Of a DNA stretch of 64,000 bases, positions 62,456-64,000 are shown piece after piece. The DNA comes from Coprobacillus sp. (GTDB lineage: Bacteria; Bacillota_I; Bacilli_A; RFN20; CAG-826). The translations under genes and the position numbers were made by a program. The stretch is taken from contig JAJQAP010000050.1 in NCBI GenBank assembly GCA_021203745.1, forward strand, positions 92-64,091, in the 5' to 3' direction. Under the pieces are notes generated by a model that had not been told where the DNA came from, ran no database searches, and was given only the letters and a program-made list of their open reading frames with translations. Each line of letters starts with the position of its first letter. The first letter of the stretch is position 1.

Positions 62456-63691
62456 ATGTTTGGAACCTATCACTTAATCTGGCTAGCAATCATCATCGTA
62501 ATCATCGTGGTTGTTTTAGTGATACTCTGTCACTTCAAGGTGAGACTTGATCGGGTTGTTTTAGTTTGTTTTATCTATGCTTGTGTATCAGAGATAGTGA
62601 AAGTCTTAGTGTCTGTAGAGATGCTACCAACCGCCGATGGCGGTGTAACCCCATACCTACCTACAGAAAACGTTCCATTACACCTTTGCTCAATCCAAAC
62701 AATCTTTATTGCCATCCTTTGTTTCACAAAGAAAGACAGCAGAATCCATAAGATACTCCTTCCATTTATGTTTGTAACTTGTATTGTTGGAGCCGCTTGT
62801 GCGGTGGCAATGCCAACATGCTTCTCTGATGCAATTCCTTATGAAGAAGCATTCCTTCATATTAGACCATATCAGTACTTCCTCCATCATGCGATGCTTA
62901 TTATCCTTGGATTCTATATTCCTCTATCTGGTGGTCTTAGAGGTATTAGAGCAAGAGATATCGGTTATTCTATTGCTCTTCTTGCCCTATGCGCATATAT
63001 GGGACTCGTTGTGAACTCTCTATTTGCTAATATCACATACACAAATATCTATGATGAGGAAGGCAACTTAATCGGTAGTGAGAGAGTTGTTAACTCGATT
63101 ACAAACTTCTTCTTTGTCTTTGGATTCCCAGAAGGAGTACCTATCTTCCAGTATGACGATAAATCGGGATGGCTCATCTATCTCTTATTCTTAACCGCTT
63201 TAGCGGCCGTCCTAGTGACAATCTTTGAACTACCATTTGTTCTTTACTATCGTAAACATAAGCCAGTGGATGAAGCGGCATCTGGTAGTGAACTAGCTCT
63301 TGTTGGAGAGGGCGCTAACGCTCCTAACCAAGAAGCCACCACAATTGTTAATATCAATGTCCAAAATCCTGAAACTGAAAATAAGGCTTATCTCTTTACA
63401 AGTGAAGAGAATAAAGATTATATCTTTAAAGCGGATGCCGCTACACGTGCTCTACTTACTAAGAAATTAGAGGAAGAGCAAGAAAAAGGTGTTACCCCAC
63501 TTGTGGATATCTTAACTTCCTTAACAACCACAGCTAAATTACCAGAGGGTTATAACAGTGTGACCTCTACTGATCCTTTATATAATGGTTATACCCTTGT
63601 CTATGTTGATGAGAGTGTTTGCCTCTATTACCTAGTTAATAAATCTAAAAAATCGATAGATATTGTCCTTGTTAATCGTTTAAGTGATTAA
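62456..63691 (+). CDS. YwaF/TIGR02206-like integral membrane protein with ~150-aa C-terminal soluble extension
   Basis: N-terminal MFGTYHLIWLAIIIVIIVVV, ~6 TM, then an E/K-rich soluble tail. Followed by a strong terminator. Confidence 0.5.
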   Translation: MFGTYHLIWLAIIIVIIVVVLVILCHFKVRLDRVVLVCFIYACVSEIVKVLVSVEMLPTADGGVTPYLPTENVPLHLCSIQTIFIAILCFTKKDSRIHKILLPFMFVTCIVGAACAVAMPTCFSDAIPYEEAFLHIRPYQYFLHHAMLIILGFYIPLSGGLRGIRARDIGYSIALLALCAYMGLVVNSLFANITYTNIYDEEGNLIGSERVVNSITNFFFVFGFPEGVPIFQYDDKSGWLIYLLFLTALAAVLVTIFELPFVLYYRKHKPVDEAASGSELALVGEGANAPNQEATTIVNINVQNPETENKAYLFTSEENKDYIFKADAATRALLTKKLEEEQEKGVTPLVDILTSLTTTAKLPEGYNSVTSTDPLYNGYTLVYVDESVCLYYLVNKSKKSIDIVLVNRLSD

Positions 63692-63714
63692 TAAGACTTT
63701 TATATAAACCTCCT

Positions 63715-63746
63715 TCATTTATTCAGTTGAATAAATGATTTTTTTT
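63715..63746 (+). terminator. rho-independent terminator
   Basis: TCATTTATTC-AGTT-GAATAAATGA (10-bp perfect stem) followed by TTTTTTTT. Confidence 0.8.
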
Positions 63747-63761
63747 ATCTACAATGAAGTT

Positions 63762-64000
63762 ATGAAGAAAAGATTAAATAAGTACATTTTACTTCTTGGA
63801 GTGTCCGTCCTTTTAATCAGTGGTTGTAACAACCAAAATAAGAATGAGGTTTCTGAATCTAGTGAACTAGATGAAAGCGTTACTCCTCGTGATCCCGTGG
63901 TACCTGGAGTTAACGGGACCGCAAAAACAAACTATGACCCATTAGAGGATGTTGCCTCTTATTATGTTGATATAGATATGAATAAAACTGGAGATAGTCT
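63762..64000 (+). CDS. lipoprotein, N-terminal fragment (continues past window end)
   Basis: MKKRLNKYILLLGVSVLLISGCNN with canonical lipobox ISGC. Frame open to window end. Confidence 0.5.
   Translation, partial: MKKRLNKYILLLGVSVLLISGCNNQNKNEVSESSELDESVTPRDPVVPGVNGTAKTNYDPLEDVASYYVDIDMNKTGDS

Overview
The window looks like conserved chromosomal backbone from an AT-rich, low-GC bacterium that uses the standard genetic code. Trp is encoded by TGG and the long ORFs end at TGA. Gene content and order point to a wall-less Firmicute, possibly an Acholeplasma-like Mollicute or an Erysipelotrichia relative. The pointers are tilS directly followed by ftsH, an rpsF-ssb-rpsR ... gdpP-rplI-dnaB block, mfd, pcrA-ligA-gatCAB, tsaEB-rimI-tsaD, enlarged Opp permeases, a BspA-type leucine-rich-repeat (LRR) protein, galE plus GT4 glycolipid-type glycosyltransferases, and the absence of any peptidoglycan genes in this window. 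I could support about 60 protein genes, two tRNAs (Arg-CCU, Ala-GGC), a tmRNA, a TPP riboswitch, several rho-independent terminators and two sigma-70-like promoters. I saw no CRISPR array, no transposase or integrase, no rRNA, and no recognisable phage-defence, toxin-antitoxin or secretion-system signatures. The most unusual content is a streptopain-like (C10) secreted cysteine protease with an adjacent lipoprotein. The pair is inserted into the otherwise conserved rpsR/gdpP locus. There is also a putative lipid-scavenging module: DegV, a divergent helix-turn-helix (HTH) membrane regulator, a 49-aa hyper-acidic ORF, a patatin phospholipase and a 4-TM protein. The region also contains a TPP riboswitch controlling a ThiT-like thiamine transporter with an extra N-terminal membrane domain. 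There is an Opp operon whose last gene is translationally coupled to an LRR surface protein. A block of uncharacterised membrane proteins sits at 40.5-43.6 kb, and an overlapping sirtuin/HAD/tyrosine-phosphatase operon at 55.5-57.7 kb. Coordinates for RNA elements were read by eye from the sequence and may be off by a few bases.
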